Assembly (NCBI GenBank): GCA_015491235.1
Contig: WFWG01000353.1
Span: 1,342 to 65,341, forward strand
Source: Ardenticatenaceae bacterium
GTDB lineage: Bacteria; Chloroflexota; Anaerolineae; Ardenticatenales; Ardenticatenaceae
Length of the DNA stretch: 64,000 nt
Direction: 5' to 3'
Below, piece after piece: positions 9,339 to 17,714 of this stretch. The position numbers were made by a program, and so were the translations under genes. The notes below the pieces were generated by a model. It did no database searches. It was not told where the DNA came from and saw nothing but the letters and a program-made list of their open reading frames with translations. Numbering within the stretch: position 1 is the first letter of the stretch; every line of letters begins with the position of its first letter.

Positions 9339-10250
9339 TTATTCCTCGTCCTTCTCTTCCGTACCGGAGAGGGCTTCACCGGCATCCTCAGCGTAGGAGT
9401 AGACTTCAATGCCCAACCGCTCGGCTACGCGACGGGCTCTGTCGTCCACCATCGGAGATATAATGATAAGTCGGTCGGCCTTCGTGTTGTGGCGCTTCTC
9501 GTAGAAGCGGGCTTTGCGTTCGAACGCGTACACTTCGCTTTTGGTTACCGAGGACTTGATTTCTCCAATAATGAGCTTGCCGTTGTGAATAATTAGGTCG
9601 AGTTCGATCTGCTCGGGATATCTGAAAACTTCGCCTGTTTTGTCCTGCTCCTCGACGTGGATAACACGAAATCCTAACTCCTCCAAAATGCCGGCCAGCG
9701 CATTTCGGAAGGCAGCCTCCGTTTGAAGCCCCCAGCGGGCACCAAGAGCTCCTATATGCTGGTCATGCCTCCGCTCTTGGGCGCGGAATGCTTCTAACAT
9801 CTTGTCGAACCGCTGCAAACTCTCCTGCCAGCGCCGATCCTGTTCTTGTCGCAAGGCTTCCAGCCGCTGAGTGTGCTCTCGCTCTAATTCTTCCAGCCGC
9901 CGCCAGTTCTCTTCCCACGCTCGCTTGCGTTCCTCTTCCAGTTTCTTCCACATCTCCTTGCGCTCCTGCTCCAGTTGCTCCCAGCGCCGCTGATTTTCCT
10001 CCCAGGCCTGCTTGCGCTCCTGCTCCAGTTGCTCCAAGCGTCGTTGATTCTCCTCCCAGCGCCGCATTTGCGCCTCTCTGTCCTGGCGCAATTCTTCGAG
10101 CAAGCGGTCGAAGCGACTTTCTGTTTCAACCCGACCGGCAGCGTATTCCGCAATCAACTCCCGCACGAACCGTTGCACCTCAACGTCCTGTTTCAAGATG
10201 TGGGGCAGTTCTTCCATGATTAACTGCTTGATCCGCTCACGCTCTGTCAT
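9339..10250 (-). CDS. coiled-coil protein with C-terminal PD-(D/E)XK-like domain (DUF3782-like)
   Basis: Start moved to MTERERIKQL (ATG 10248-10250), because the first 75 codons of the track ORF overlap glyA. The C-terminus ELDLIIHNGKLIIGEIK shows a D...E-x-K pattern. The middle is W/E/R/Q-rich heptad repeats. Confidence 0.6.
   Translation of the reverse strand: MTERERIKQLIMEELPHILKQDVEVQRFVRELIAEYAAGRVETESRFDRLLEELRQDREAQMRRWEENQRRLEQLEQERKQAWEENQRRWEQLEQERKEMWKKLEEERKRAWEENWRRLEELEREHTQRLEALRQEQDRRWQESLQRFDKMLEAFRAQERRHDQHIGALGARWGLQTEAAFRNALAGILEELGFRVIHVEEQDKTGEVFRYPEQIELDLIIHNGKLIIGEIKSSVTKSEVYAFERKARFYEKRHNTKADRLIIISPMVDDRARRVAERLGIEVYSYAEDAGEALSGTEEKDEE
9957..10064. repeat. in-frame 54-bp tandem duplication (2 units)
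   Basis: Units 9957-10010 and 10011-10064 share the first 25 nt exactly and are about 85% identical overall by eye. They encode the RRWEENQRRLEQLEQERK / QAWEENQRRWEQLEQERK units. Confidence 0.8.
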
Positions 10251-10377
10251 GACGCGTACTCCTGGGCGGGGCACTTTAACAGCACGAGTTTCTACATTTT
10301 GGGGAATTATAGCCGCTTCTTTCGGTTGGAACAAGCGAGGGAACAGGGAGAAAAGACGCCCTGTCCCCTCGCCACGT

Positions 10378-11655
10378 TTATGCTGGTACCGGGAAGCGCG
10401 CGGCCAGTTGCTTGACTGCCGCGCGCACTTCGGCGTGAACCTGAGGGTCGTCCGGGTGGTGGAGGGTGCGGGCAATGAGTTCGCCCACCTGCCGCATTTC
10501 GGCCTCGCGGAAGCCGCGCGTGGTGAGGGCTGGTGTGCCCAAGCGAATGCCGCTGGTGACGAAGGGACTGCGGGGATCGAAAGGCACTTTGTTCTTGTTG
10601 ACGGTGATGTTCACCTCGTCGAGCAGCTTTTCGGCTTGCTTGCCCGTGATCCCGATGGGCTGCAAGTCCACCAGCATCAGGTGGTTGTCCGTGCCGCCTG
10701 AGACCAGGCGCAGGCCGTGGTTGGCCAGCGTTTCGGCCAGCACCTGAGCGTTAGCCACCACTTGCCGGCCATACGCCTTGAACTCCTCGGTCATGGCCAG
10801 CTTGAAGGCCACGGCTTTGGCGGCAATGATGTGCATGAGGGGGCCGCCCTGGGTGCCCGGGAAAACGGCCTTGTTGATGACCCGGGCGTACTCCTCTCGC
10901 ATGAGGATGAACCCACTGCGCGGCCCCCGTAGCGTCTTGTGCGTCGTGCTGGTGACCACGTCGCAATAAGGCACTGGATTGGGGTGCACGCCGGCCGCCA
11001 CCAGCCCGGCGAAGTGAGCCATGTCGCAGACCAGGTAGGCGCCCACCTCGTCGGCGATGGCGCGGAAGGCCTCGAAATCCCACAGGCGAGGGTAAGCGCT
11101 GGCGCCGGTGAGAATCAGCTTGGGCTTGTGCTCGCGGGCCAAGCGCGCCACTTCGTTCATATCAATGACTTCCGTCTCGGGGGAAACGCCGTAGTGGACG
11201 ATGTTGTAGAGTTGGCCGCTGAAGTTGACTGGGCTGCCGTGGGTCAGGTGACCACCCTGGTCGAGGCTCAGGCTGAGGATGGTGTCCCCCGGCTCCAGCA
11301 GGGCGAAGTAGACGGCCATGTTGGCCTGTGAGCCCGAGTGAGGCTGCACGTTGGCGTGCTCGGCGCCGAAAAGGGTCTTTACACGTTCGATGGCCAACTC
11401 CTCAACGATGTCCACGTACTCGCACCCGCCGTAGTAGCGCCGGCCGGGATACCCTTCGGCGTACTTGTTGGTCAACACGCTGGCAGCCGCCTCCTTCACG
11501 GCTCGCGCCGTGTAGTTTTCGGACGCAATCAGTTCCAGCTTCTCGCGCTGGCGACGTTCCTCGAGGTTGATCGCTTCAGCCAGTTCAGGATCCACCTCGG
11601 CCAGCGGGGCATCGAGTAGCCCCAGACTCTCCAGTTGATGTGCGGACAGCTCCAT
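10378..11655 (-). CDS. glyA: serine hydroxymethyltransferase
   Basis: 425 aa with [16 protein letters not shown] and [12 protein letters not shown] (PLP lysine) motifs. Confidence 0.95.
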   Translation of the reverse strand: MELSAHQLESLGLLDAPLAEVDPELAEAINLEERRQREKLELIASENYTARAVKEAAASVLTNKYAEGYPGRRYYGGCEYVDIVEELAIERVKTLFGAEHANVQPHSGSQANMAVYFALLEPGDTILSLSLDQGGHLTHGSPVNFSGQLYNIVHYGVSPETEVIDMNEVARLAREHKPKLILTGASAYPRLWDFEAFRAIADEVGAYLVCDMAHFAGLVAAGVHPNPVPYCDVVTSTTHKTLRGPRSGFILMREEYARVINKAVFPGTQGGPLMHIIAAKAVAFKLAMTEEFKAYGRQVVANAQVLAETLANHGLRLVSGGTDNHLMLVDLQPIGITGKQAEKLLDEVNITVNKNKVPFDPRSPFVTSGIRLGTPALTTRGFREAEMRQVGELIARTLHHPDDPQVHAEVRAAVKQLAARFPVPA

Positions 11656-11828
11656 TGTTCACCCCTCACTTTCTCTTTGCCGGATTCTTGGCAATTAAAA
11701 GCGACACCACTTGCCGTTTCCGCCTGTGTCCATTTTAGCACCTGGTGGCAGACCAAGGATACCCGATGAAGCGGGTTGTGGCAAGTTTCTCCGCTGGCCT
11801 CTTTGCACTCGCCGGATGGCGTGGGGCG

Positions 11829-11837
11829 TGCTATAAT
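11829..11837 (+). promoter_or_regulatory. extended -10 promoter element (TGcTATAAT)
   Basis: TG at 11829-11830 and TATAAT at 11832-11837. There is no good -35. It lies about 80 nt upstream of the 11919 ATG, which has the RBS CCAGGAGG. Confidence 0.35.
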
Positions 11838-11918
11838 GTAGACCAGTGTCTGTGGCAGGAACTCCGTGGAAAAGGAGCGGCGAAAACTGATTAAGGGAAT
11901 TGCCAGGAGGCGGGCTCC

Positions 11919-13781
11919 ATGCGCCACCCGTTTCTGACGCGCATTTCGCAGGGGCCATTGCTGGCCGACGGGGCAATGGGTACCATGCTCTACGCGCGGG
12001 GCATCTCGTTCAAGGAGTGCTTCGACGCCGCGAACTTGGATCGCCCCGACCTGGTGCGCGACATCCACGAGGCGTACCTGCTGGCCGGGGCGGAGGTGAT
12101 CGAGACCAACACCTTCGGGGCCAACCGGTTCAGGCTGGAGAAACATGGCCTGGCCGACAGAGTGGCCGAGATCAACCGGGCTGGCGTGGAGATTGCCAGA
12201 CAGGCCCGCCGAAACGTGCGCCAGCCGGCCTTCATTGCTGGTTCGGTCGGGCCGCTGGGGCGAAACCTGGCTCCCTTGGGCCGCCTGCGCCCGGAAGAGG
12301 CGCGCGAGGCGTTCGCCGAGCAAATCGCTGCCTTGGTGGAAGCTGGTGTTGACCTTCTTATCCTGGAAACCTTCAGCAACCTGGCCGAGTTGCTGGAGGC
12401 CGTGCGGGCCGCGCGCGAGGTGGCGCCGGGCGTGCCAGTCGTTGCCGAGATGACGTTCGGGCAGGAGGGCCTCACCAACCTGGGCTACGCGCCACAGGAG
12501 GTGGCTCAGGCACTCCGCCAGGCCGGGGCCGACCTAGTGGGAGCCAACTGCGGCATCGGGCCGCGCAATACCCTGGCTGCCGCGCGCGAAATGCTGGCAC
12601 TGGCGGATTCGCCTCCCGTTTCGGCTATGCCCAACGCCGGATGGCCGGAGCACGTCGGAGGACGTCTCCTGTATCCCGCCACGCCAGATTATTTTGCCGA
12701 CTTTGCCCGCGAGGCCGCCGAAGCCGGTGTGCGCCTCATTGGGGGGTGCTGTGGCACCACGCCGGATCATGTTCGGGCCATGCGCGCTGCACTGGACTCG
12801 TGGCAGGCCGGAGTCCTGGAACCGCAGGCTGTTCCTGCCCGCTCTCCCGTTCCCGCCATGTCATCCGCCGTGCCCGGGCCAACGCGCCTGGCCCGCGCTC
12901 TGGCTGCAGGCGAGTTCGTTATCACCGTGGAAATGGATCCGCCCAAGGGATGCGACCTGACCGACGTGTTGACGGCCGCCGCCACACTGAAGGGCGCGGG
13001 CGCCACGGTCCTCAACGTGGCCGACAGTCCACTGGCACGCATGCGCATGAGCCCTTGGGCCGTCGCCCACCTCATTCAGAGCCGCGTGGGTATCGAGACG
13101 GTACTTCACTTTCCCACGCGGGGGCGTAACCTCTTGCGCGTTCAGGGCGACCTGCTGGCCGCCCACGCGCTGGGCGTGCGTAACATCTTTGTGGTGATGG
13201 GCGACCCCACGGCCATTGGTGACTACCCAAACGCCACCGACAGCTATGACATCGTGCCCACTGGCCTCATGCGCTTGATCAAGGAAGGCTTCAATCGAGG
13301 ACGCGACCACGCTGGAAACTCCATCGGCTCTTCGACGAATTTCCTGGTGGGATGTGCGCTGAACATGAACGCAGCCAACCTTTCCCGCGAGATCAAGCTG
13401 CTGCGCAAGAAGATTGCCAGCGGAGCCGATTTCGCCTTGACGATGCCCGTCTACGACCCGGGCGTTGTTCACCGCTTCTTGGACGCATACGGTGGGCCGG
13501 TAGAGATTCCCGTGCTGGTCGGCATCCTGCCCCTCTACAACGATCGTCACGCCCGCTTCCTGCACAACGAGGTGCCGGGCATTGAGATTCCGCCATCCGT
13601 CATGGAACGCATGGAACGCGCTGAAGACAAACCGGCTGAAGGCGTACGAATCGCCCAAGAGCTGATTTCGACAATCCAGGACCTGGTTCAAGGGATTTAC
13701 ATCATGCCTCCGTTTCACAAGTACGATCTCGCCGCTCAAATCATTCGCGCCGTGCGAGCGCCTTCTGTTTCGGTTTACTGA
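11919..13781 (+). CDS. bifunctional homocysteine S-methyltransferase / 5,10-methylenetetrahydrofolate reductase (YitJ-type fusion)
   Basis: The N-terminal half has LLADGAMGT...ETNTFGAN...GGCCGTTPDH (Hcy-binding, Zn-Cys motif). The C-terminal half is MetF-like (ITVEMDPPKG...HFPTRGRN...LTMPVYD). 620 aa. Confidence 0.9.
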   Translation: MRHPFLTRISQGPLLADGAMGTMLYARGISFKECFDAANLDRPDLVRDIHEAYLLAGAEVIETNTFGANRFRLEKHGLADRVAEINRAGVEIARQARRNVRQPAFIAGSVGPLGRNLAPLGRLRPEEAREAFAEQIAALVEAGVDLLILETFSNLAELLEAVRAAREVAPGVPVVAEMTFGQEGLTNLGYAPQEVAQALRQAGADLVGANCGIGPRNTLAAAREMLALADSPPVSAMPNAGWPEHVGGRLLYPATPDYFADFAREAAEAGVRLIGGCCGTTPDHVRAMRAALDSWQAGVLEPQAVPARSPVPAMSSAVPGPTRLARALAAGEFVITVEMDPPKGCDLTDVLTAAATLKGAGATVLNVADSPLARMRMSPWAVAHLIQSRVGIETVLHFPTRGRNLLRVQGDLLAAHALGVRNIFVVMGDPTAIGDYPNATDSYDIVPTGLMRLIKEGFNRGRDHAGNSIGSSTNFLVGCALNMNAANLSREIKLLRKKIASGADFALTMPVYDPGVVHRFLDAYGGPVEIPVLVGILPLYNDRHARFLHNEVPGIEIPPSVMERMERAEDKPAEGVRIAQELISTIQDLVQGIYIMPPFHKYDLAAQIIRAVRAPSVSVY

Positions 13782-13869
13782 CATGTGGCGAGCAGTGAGC
13801 AGGGATCGGTGGGCAGTGAGCCAGTGTGGCCGAGTTTCGCTACAGCGGTTTGGACAAGGAGGGGAAGCC

Positions 13870-14325
13870 GTGGAAAAACAGGCCCTTGTACGCGACCTGA
13901 TGACGCCTAACCCTATCACTGTGCGACCCGACACGCAACTGGACGAGGCGTTGAGCCTGATGTTGAACAACAACGTGCGCCGCCTGCCCGTGGTGGACGA
14001 AGACGGACGCCTCGTGGGCATCGTGTCCGACCGCGACCTGCGCCTGGCGGCCGATTCCCCCTTCTTGCAAGAGACACCCGACGAGGTGCTGGAGCACCTT
14101 GCCCAGCACAGGGTGGGAGAAATCATGCACACAGCCCTCCACACCATCGAAGAGACGGCTCCTGTCGTCGAAGCGGCCAAGCTGATGCGGGTGGCGCGCG
14201 TGGGCGGCTTGCCAGTGGTAAACCGGACTGGGAATCTGGTCGGCATTATTACGCGCTCGGACCTGATAGATCACTTGATTCGCATCCTGGAGCCAGTGGA
14301 GACGGTGGAGGAGGAGTCGGCATAA
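13870..14325 (+). CDS. CBS-pair domain protein
   Basis: GTG 13870 lies 8 nt after AAGGAGGGG. Two CBS repeats are present (LMTPNPITV...RLPVVDEDGRLVGIVSDRDL and IMHTALHTI...GLPVVNRTGNLVGIITRSDL). Confidence 0.8.
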   Translation: MEKQALVRDLMTPNPITVRPDTQLDEALSLMLNNNVRRLPVVDEDGRLVGIVSDRDLRLAADSPFLQETPDEVLEHLAQHRVGEIMHTALHTIEETAPVVEAAKLMRVARVGGLPVVNRTGNLVGIITRSDLIDHLIRILEPVETVEEESA

Positions 14326-14381
14326 CGGCATTGTTAGGTGCATCCTGCGAAGCGACACACGAGAAAAGGGGGTGAAGACGG

Positions 14382-14597
14382 ATGGCAAGAGTCTTTAACG
14401 TTATCGTCGAACGCGACACCGAAGGCTACTATGTAGCCAGCGTTCCAGAATTGCGCGGATGTCACACTCAAGCAAAATCGCTGGACGTCCTGATGGAGCG
14501 GATACGGGAGGCTATTGAGTTGTGCTTGGAAGTGGAAGGTGAAGAACTTCCGACTCAGGAATTCATTGGGGTTCAGCGTGTCTGGGTCAAAGCATGA
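14382..14597 (+). CDS. hicB: type II antitoxin HicB (short UPF0150 form)
   Basis: 71 aa: FNVIVERDTEGYYVASVPELRGCHTQAKSLDVLMERIREAIELCLE, the classic HicB N-domain. Confidence 0.85.
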   Translation: MARVFNVIVERDTEGYYVASVPELRGCHTQAKSLDVLMERIREAIELCLEVEGEELPTQEFIGVQRVWVKA

Positions 14598-14809
14598 CGA
14601 AACTGCCACGGCTCAACGGGCGAGAACTGATTGCCGCATTGCAGTAGTCTGGCTTTGAGGTGATACGGGTGAAGGGGAGCCATCACTTCCTGCGTCATCC
14701 CGATGGACGGTGTACAGTTGTCCCTGTTCATCGGGGAGAAACAATCGGTCCGGGCTTGATGTCCAAAATTCTGCTGGTGCTCCGGTGGGCGGCAGGGGCT
14801 GGTCGTTAG
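14594..14809 (+). pseudogene. hicA: hicA toxin gene disrupted by an in-frame TAG at codon 18
   Basis: ATG 14594 overlaps the hicB stop (ATGA). Translation is MTKLPRLNGRELIAALQ-TAG(14645-14647)-SGFEVIRVKGSHHFLRHPDGRCTVVPVHRGETIGPGLMSKIL..., which is HicA-like through the catalytic GSH region. The tail after KIL diverges. It is absent from the ORF track because both pieces are shorter than 60 aa. Confidence 0.7.
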
Positions 14810-14889
14810 GCTGACGCTGTTTGTTGCTTCATCTGCTGTTCCGAAGTAAAAAGTAAAGTGAATTTTTACCGCCGGAAGGGAAGCAGGCT

Positions 14890-15099
14890 ATGATGCTTGA
14901 CGAGATGATTTACCGCTATGCCCAAAAACTTCCTTACTCGCTCAAAAAGGAAGTGCTCGACTTTGTCCAGTATCTGCTCATGAAGGCAGAGCAACAAGAA
15001 GAACAAGACTGGTCTTGGTTCTCGTTGTCGTCTGCAATGCGGGGTATGGAAGAGGAACCGGTCTTATACACTGTGGAAGACATTAAGGTGAAATTTTAA
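14890..15099 (+). CDS. DUF2281-type antitoxin candidate
   Basis: 69 aa with LPYSLKKEVLDFVQYLLMKA (DUF2281 pattern). Its stop overlaps the toxin start (TAATG). The local G+C is lower than the flanks. Confidence 0.6.
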   Translation: MMLDEMIYRYAQKLPYSLKKEVLDFVQYLLMKAEQQEEQDWSWFSLSSAMRGMEEEPVLYTVEDIKVKF

Positions 15100-15458
15100 T
15101 GAAAAAAGCAGGGCAAGTGGTCTTATTTCGCTTTCCGCAAACTGATCTGGTAGAGGGTAAATTGCGTCCTGCTCTGCTGTTGGGAGAACTGCCTGGCGAG
15201 TATGACGACTGGTTGATCTGCATGATCTCGTCACAGCTACATCAATACGTTGATGGCTTTGACGAGATTATTGAAGAGAGCGATGAGGATTTTAAGCAGA
15301 GCGGATTGAAGGTTACCAGTGTCATTCGAGTTGGGCGGTTAGCGGTGGTATCGGGAGACATTCTTGTTGGAGCAATCGGAGAAATCTCACCAGGGCGCCT
15401 CAACCGCATAAGACAAACCCTGGCAAAATGGATATCCGGAGAAACAATCAACGGTTAA
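15099..15458 (+). CDS. mazF: PemK/MazF-family type II toxin
   Basis: 119 aa: AGQVVLFRFPQTD...KLRPALLL...WLICMISSQ...LKVTSVIRVGRLAVV, typical of MazF/PemK-like toxins paired with DUF2281. Confidence 0.8.
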   Translation: MKKAGQVVLFRFPQTDLVEGKLRPALLLGELPGEYDDWLICMISSQLHQYVDGFDEIIEESDEDFKQSGLKVTSVIRVGRLAVVSGDILVGAIGEISPGRLNRIRQTLAKWISGETING

Positions 15459-15634
15459 CACCGCCTGCAGCGGGCAGCGGCTATGCCGCACACGAAAGCG
15501 GACACAAATTGCATAGAGTAGCGGGTTAGCTACGGCGACCTTGCAGTCACTGCCGCTGAGCCGGACGTTATGCTGCCGGATTCCCTTCCAACGGTGTGAG
15601 GGACAAATTGACAAAAGCAGAAAGGAGCAGAAAA

Positions 15635-16078
15635 ATGAACGTCCGCACGATTTTGGCGACAAAAGGCACGCACGTTGTGACGGTCCGGCCGGAGCAGACC
15701 ATCCGCGAAGCGGTGCGCCTGCTGGTTCAGCACAACATTGGCGCGCTTGTCGTCGTGAACGAGGCCGGCCAACCGGTAGGCATCATCTCGGAGCGCGACA
15801 TCGTGCGTGCGGCGGCCCGCTACGAGGATCGTGACATCTGCACCATGCGCGTGGAAGAAATCATGACCAAAGACCTGATTACCGGCACGCCGCAGGACGA
15901 CGTTCATTCGGTCGCTCACACCATGACCGAACGGCGCATCCGCCACCTGCCCATCATGGAAGGGGGCAAGTTGGCGGGCATCGTCTCCATCGGAGACGTG
16001 CTCAAGGCCCAACGTGACCTTTACCAAGGCGAAGTTGACACCCTGCAAACCCAAATCATGGCCGACAAAGAAGAGTAG
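15635..16078 (+). CDS. CBS-pair domain protein
   Basis: ATG 15635 lies after AAAGGAG. There are two CBS repeats (ALVVVNEAGQPVGIISERDI and HLPIMEGGKLAGIVSIGDV). Confidence 0.8.
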   Translation: MNVRTILATKGTHVVTVRPEQTIREAVRLLVQHNIGALVVVNEAGQPVGIISERDIVRAAARYEDRDICTMRVEEIMTKDLITGTPQDDVHSVAHTMTERRIRHLPIMEGGKLAGIVSIGDVLKAQRDLYQGEVDTLQTQIMADKEE

Positions 16079-16093
16079 AAAGGAGGTGTTCCC

Positions 16094-17524
16094 ATGTCTT
16101 CAATCGGTACGGCCGAGCGCCCGCTCAGAGTCGCCGTCATCGGCTCGGGCCCGGCCGGCTTTTACACTGTCGAACACTTGTTTCGCCAGGATAAATATGT
16201 GGTGTTGGTAGACATGTTCGAGCGCCTGCCGACTCCGTTCGGCTTGGTGCGCTACGGCGTCGCCCCGGACCACCAGAAAATCAAGAACGTCACACGCATT
16301 TACGAAAAGTTGGCTCAACGGCCTGAATTTCGATTCTTTGGCAATGTGGAATACGGCAAACACGTCACTTTGGAAGACCTGAAACGCTATTACCACCAGA
16401 TCGTTTTCGCCACTGGCACCCAGGGGGACCGCAAGCTGGGCATTCCTGGCGAAGACCTTAAGGGGTTCCACTCCGCGCGCGAGTTCGTGGCCTGGTACAA
16501 CGGCCACCCGGATTACACCCACCTGGAGTTCGACCTTTCCAAGGAACGTGTGGCCGTTGTCGGCGTGGGCAACGTGGCCGTGGACGTGGCGCGCATTCTG
16601 CTCAAGACGCGCGAGGAGCTGGAAAAGACCGACATCGCCGACTACGCGTTGGAGGCGTTGGCCAACAGCAACGTGCGCGAGGTCTACATGCTGGGTCGGC
16701 GCGGCCCTGCCCAGGCCGCCTTCACGCCGCCCGAAATCAAGGAGTTGGGCGAATTGGCCGACGCTGAGGTGGTGGTGCGGCCCGAAGAGGCCGAACTGGA
16801 CGAACTGAGCAAGAAAGTTTTGGAAGAACATCCGGACAAGGAAACCCTGCGCAAGCTGGAAATCATTCGCCAGTACGTGCGCGAGATGCCAACTGGTACG
16901 AAGCGTCGGGTGCTCTACCTGCGCTTCCTCGTTTCACCGGTGGAAGCTCATGCCAACGAGGCTGGCGAGGTGGACGGGCTGAAGCTCGTGAAAAACGAAC
17001 TCTACATGACCGAAGCGGGCACGCTGCGCCCCCGCCCAACTGACCGCTACGAGGAAATTCCAGTCCAACTCGTCTTCCGCTCCATCGGCTACAAGGGCGC
17101 TCCCCTGCCGGGGTTGCCCTTCCACGAGCGGTGGGGGGTGATCTGGAACAAGAAAGGGCGCGTGATCGACCCGGAGACTGACCAGCCCCTCACCGGCCTT
17201 TACTGTGCTGGGTGGATCAAACGCGGGGCCACTGGCGTTATCGGCACCAACAAGCCGGACGCGCTGGAAACGGTCACGTGTATGCTGGAAGACGTGGAGG
17301 CGGGCCGCGTGCTCGACCCCGAAGCGTCCGAGCCTGAGGCCGCCGAGCGCCTGGTGCGCGAGCGCCAGCCTGACTTCGTCTCGTTCGAGGACTGGAAGAT
17401 CATTGACCGCCTGGAAATCGAGCGGGGCAAGGCCGTCGGCCGTCCCCGCGTGAAGTTCACGTCGGTCGAGGAGATGTTGGAGGCCTTGAGGCGCGAAAAA
17501 GCAAAAGCGGCTGTAGGCTCGTAA
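16094..17524 (+). CDS. FprA/adrenodoxin-reductase-type NADPH:ferredoxin (flavodoxin) oxidoreductase
   Basis: 476 aa: VAVIGSGPAGFY, LPTPFGLVRYGVAPDH, VGVGNVAVDVARIL and GRRGPAQAAFT. It appears collinear with the mycobacterial FprA sequence as I recall it. Confidence 0.85.
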   Translation: MSSIGTAERPLRVAVIGSGPAGFYTVEHLFRQDKYVVLVDMFERLPTPFGLVRYGVAPDHQKIKNVTRIYEKLAQRPEFRFFGNVEYGKHVTLEDLKRYYHQIVFATGTQGDRKLGIPGEDLKGFHSAREFVAWYNGHPDYTHLEFDLSKERVAVVGVGNVAVDVARILLKTREELEKTDIADYALEALANSNVREVYMLGRRGPAQAAFTPPEIKELGELADAEVVVRPEEAELDELSKKVLEEHPDKETLRKLEIIRQYVREMPTGTKRRVLYLRFLVSPVEAHANEAGEVDGLKLVKNELYMTEAGTLRPRPTDRYEEIPVQLVFRSIGYKGAPLPGLPFHERWGVIWNKKGRVIDPETDQPLTGLYCAGWIKRGATGVIGTNKPDALETVTCMLEDVEAGRVLDPEASEPEAAERLVRERQPDFVSFEDWKIIDRLEIERGKAVGRPRVKFTSVEEMLEALRREKAKAAVGS

Positions 17525-17559
17525 CATTCCTTGAAGCACGCAAATGTCATACTGCGGCG

Positions 17560-17587
17560 GGCACAGCAGCGCTAGCGCTGCTGTGCC
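17560..17587 (+). terminator. perfect 28-bp palindrome/hairpin after the fprA-type gene
   Basis: GGCACAGCAGCGC-TA-GCGCTGCTGTGCC, 36 nt after the stop. Only a weak T-tract follows (TCTCCTGAT). Confidence 0.5.
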
Positions 17588-17619
17588 TCTCCTGATACTG
17601 GCTGTTTACTGTTCACTGG

Positions 17620-17682
17620 CAGGACTTACGCGGTTGGGTGTTGTGCGAACGGCAAAAGCAGGGGGGGCCCCCTGCACCCCCG
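17620..17682. repeat. short degenerate copy of the MITE-like repeat (copy C) in the metH leader
   Basis: CAGGACTTACGCGGTT matches the left end of copies A and B (ACAGGAGTTACGCGGT). It is followed by the same G5/C5 hairpin core (GCAGGGGG..CCCCCTGC, 17658-17675). Confidence 0.45.
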
Positions 17683-17714
17683 GAATACCGATCACTGAAC
17701 GACGACGGTGAACG

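Noticed and set aside
10251-10475. N-terminal 75 codons of track ORF 9339..10475
   Set aside because: This part overlaps the 3' end of glyA by about 100 nt and is Pro/Arg/Ser low-complexity. An internal ATG at 10250 begins the conserved coiled-coil sequence.
11656-11918. SAM-I, ZTP or THF riboswitch upstream of glyA or the MTHFR fusion
   Set aside because: I could not find the conserved cores: GAGGGA/GGCCC with GCAACC for SAM-I, or the GGGUCGUGACUGGCG and CCGCCUGGGC elements for ZTP. Only a weak GGUGCUAAAA resemblance is present. This is left as an open question rather than a call.
14645-14647. In-frame TAG in hicA as programmed recoding (pyrrolysine or readthrough)
   Set aside because: No pyl genes or PYLIS-like context are visible. 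The window's recoding tRNA is for UGA (Sec), not UAG. The divergent C-terminal tail also points to decay. Pseudogenisation is the simpler reading.
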